From the NCBI GenBank assembly GCA_045541795.1, contig JAZQJV010000019.1, positions 7,270 through 71,269 of the forward strand: 64,000 nt of DNA, written 5' to 3'. The DNA comes from Patescibacteria group bacterium. Its GTDB lineage: Bacteria; Patescibacteriota; Microgenomatia; UBA1400; PJMF01. This document shows, piece by piece, positions 63,638 through 64,000 of this stretch; within the stretch, counting starts at the first letter, position 1; every line of letters begins with the position of its first letter. The position numbers and the translations under genes are program-made. The notes beneath the pieces were generated by a model. That model saw only the letters and a list, made by a program, of their open reading frames with translations. It was not told where the DNA came from and searched no databases.

Positions 63638-64000
63638 TGAAGAAGGGATCCTGTTCCGTTCCCGCGGGAGTATCGTCGTCATAATAGCTGGAGATCGCCC
63701 CCAGGGTGCTTTCCATCCGCACGCCGCCCCGGGTGTACCATCCCGCCAGGAGGTACCCGTCCCGGGTAATATCCGCCATGCGCTGCATTTCGATGACAGC
63801 CCCTTCGTCCTTCATAAAGGAGCGGTGTTGCTCCGAAGACAGGTAGGCCTGGGTCGCTGTATCCGGATAGGGATCCGGGGTCTGCCACGTGCCGTCCACG
63901 GGACCTTCCCCGGCCACCGCGTCATGGGCGCCCAGATCCAGCCGGACCTTCACCGCGTGAGGCAGCTGCGAAGTCGGGTCGTGGCCATGTCGTTCTGTGA
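63423..64000 (-). CDS. Partial high-GC ORF on the opposite strand (3' part of a gene that runs off the window)
   Basis: Protein-like composition (..YLLAGWYTRGGVRMESTLGAISSYYDDD..FFITLKARW..) with a Gly/Asp/Glu-rich C-terminal tail. GC is about 65% against about 48% for the rest of the window. Confidence 0.4.
   Translation of the reverse strand, partial: TERHGHDPTSQLPHAVKVRLDLGAHDAVAGEGPVDGTWQTPDPYPDTATQAYLSSEQHRSFMKDEGAVIEMQRMADITRDGYLLAGWYTRGGVRMESTLGAISSYYDDDTPAGTEQDPFFITLKARWTPRTADVVYDTNNGGAGWEDEEPGAAAGGWGGEGGAEALGGANHRPNTWGDGDASDEDNGAEVE

Overview
This 64 kb window reads as a contiguous chromosomal segment of a small-genome, CPR/Saccharibacteria-like bacterium; that attribution is inference from gene content and promoter style. 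Genes are densely packed, and many are preceded by a TGGTATAAT or TGATATAAT extended -10 element placed 4-8 nt before the start codon, which implies leaderless mRNAs. A minority of highly expressed genes instead carry a TTGACA-17-TATAAT promoter plus a Shine-Dalgarno leader.

Recognisable content:
- Core information processing: secE-nusG-rplK-rplA, dnaX, rpsA, rpmG, hup, smpB, parB, cysS, aspS and gatCAB.
- DNA repair: fpg, ruvC, uvrB, ung and rdgB.
- Glycolysis: pgi and tpiA.
- Cell envelope: murJ, uppP, dgkA and mscS.
- Two glycan-biosynthesis clusters (a GT-C transferase with GT2 and GT4 enzymes; rmlA, manC, a phosphosugar transferase and GT4 enzymes).
- Three tRNAs: Ser-UGA, Cys-GCA and Leu-UAG.
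- Other enzymes: an Elp3-like radical-SAM/GNAT protein, an aldose epimerase and an HD hydrolase.

No CRISPR array, integrase or transposase was seen.

The most unusual items:
1. A two-transmembrane sensor-like protein whose cytoplasmic output is an AlbA_2/Schlafen domain, next to an HExxxH protein and a tRNA-Ser (20371-23018).
2. A 28-bp palindrome-containing motif (TTGAGTATTTATTGTRTACAATAAAT) present four times. Two copies sit inside ~140-bp paralogous 3'-flanking modules that share an identical hairpin stem.
3. Three separate arrays of helically phased short repeats: GTTTAAC every 11 bp ahead of uvrB and ung, TGCGKTAA every 11 bp ahead of aspS, and ATGCCACAC every 21 bp after murJ.
4. A large orphan protein with a transglutaminase-like domain, and an orphan SF2 helicase.
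5. An abrupt rise to about 65% GC in the last ~560 bp, with coding on the opposite strand, which suggests a foreign or chimeric segment.

Coordinates derived by hand-counting may be off by up to 3 nt.
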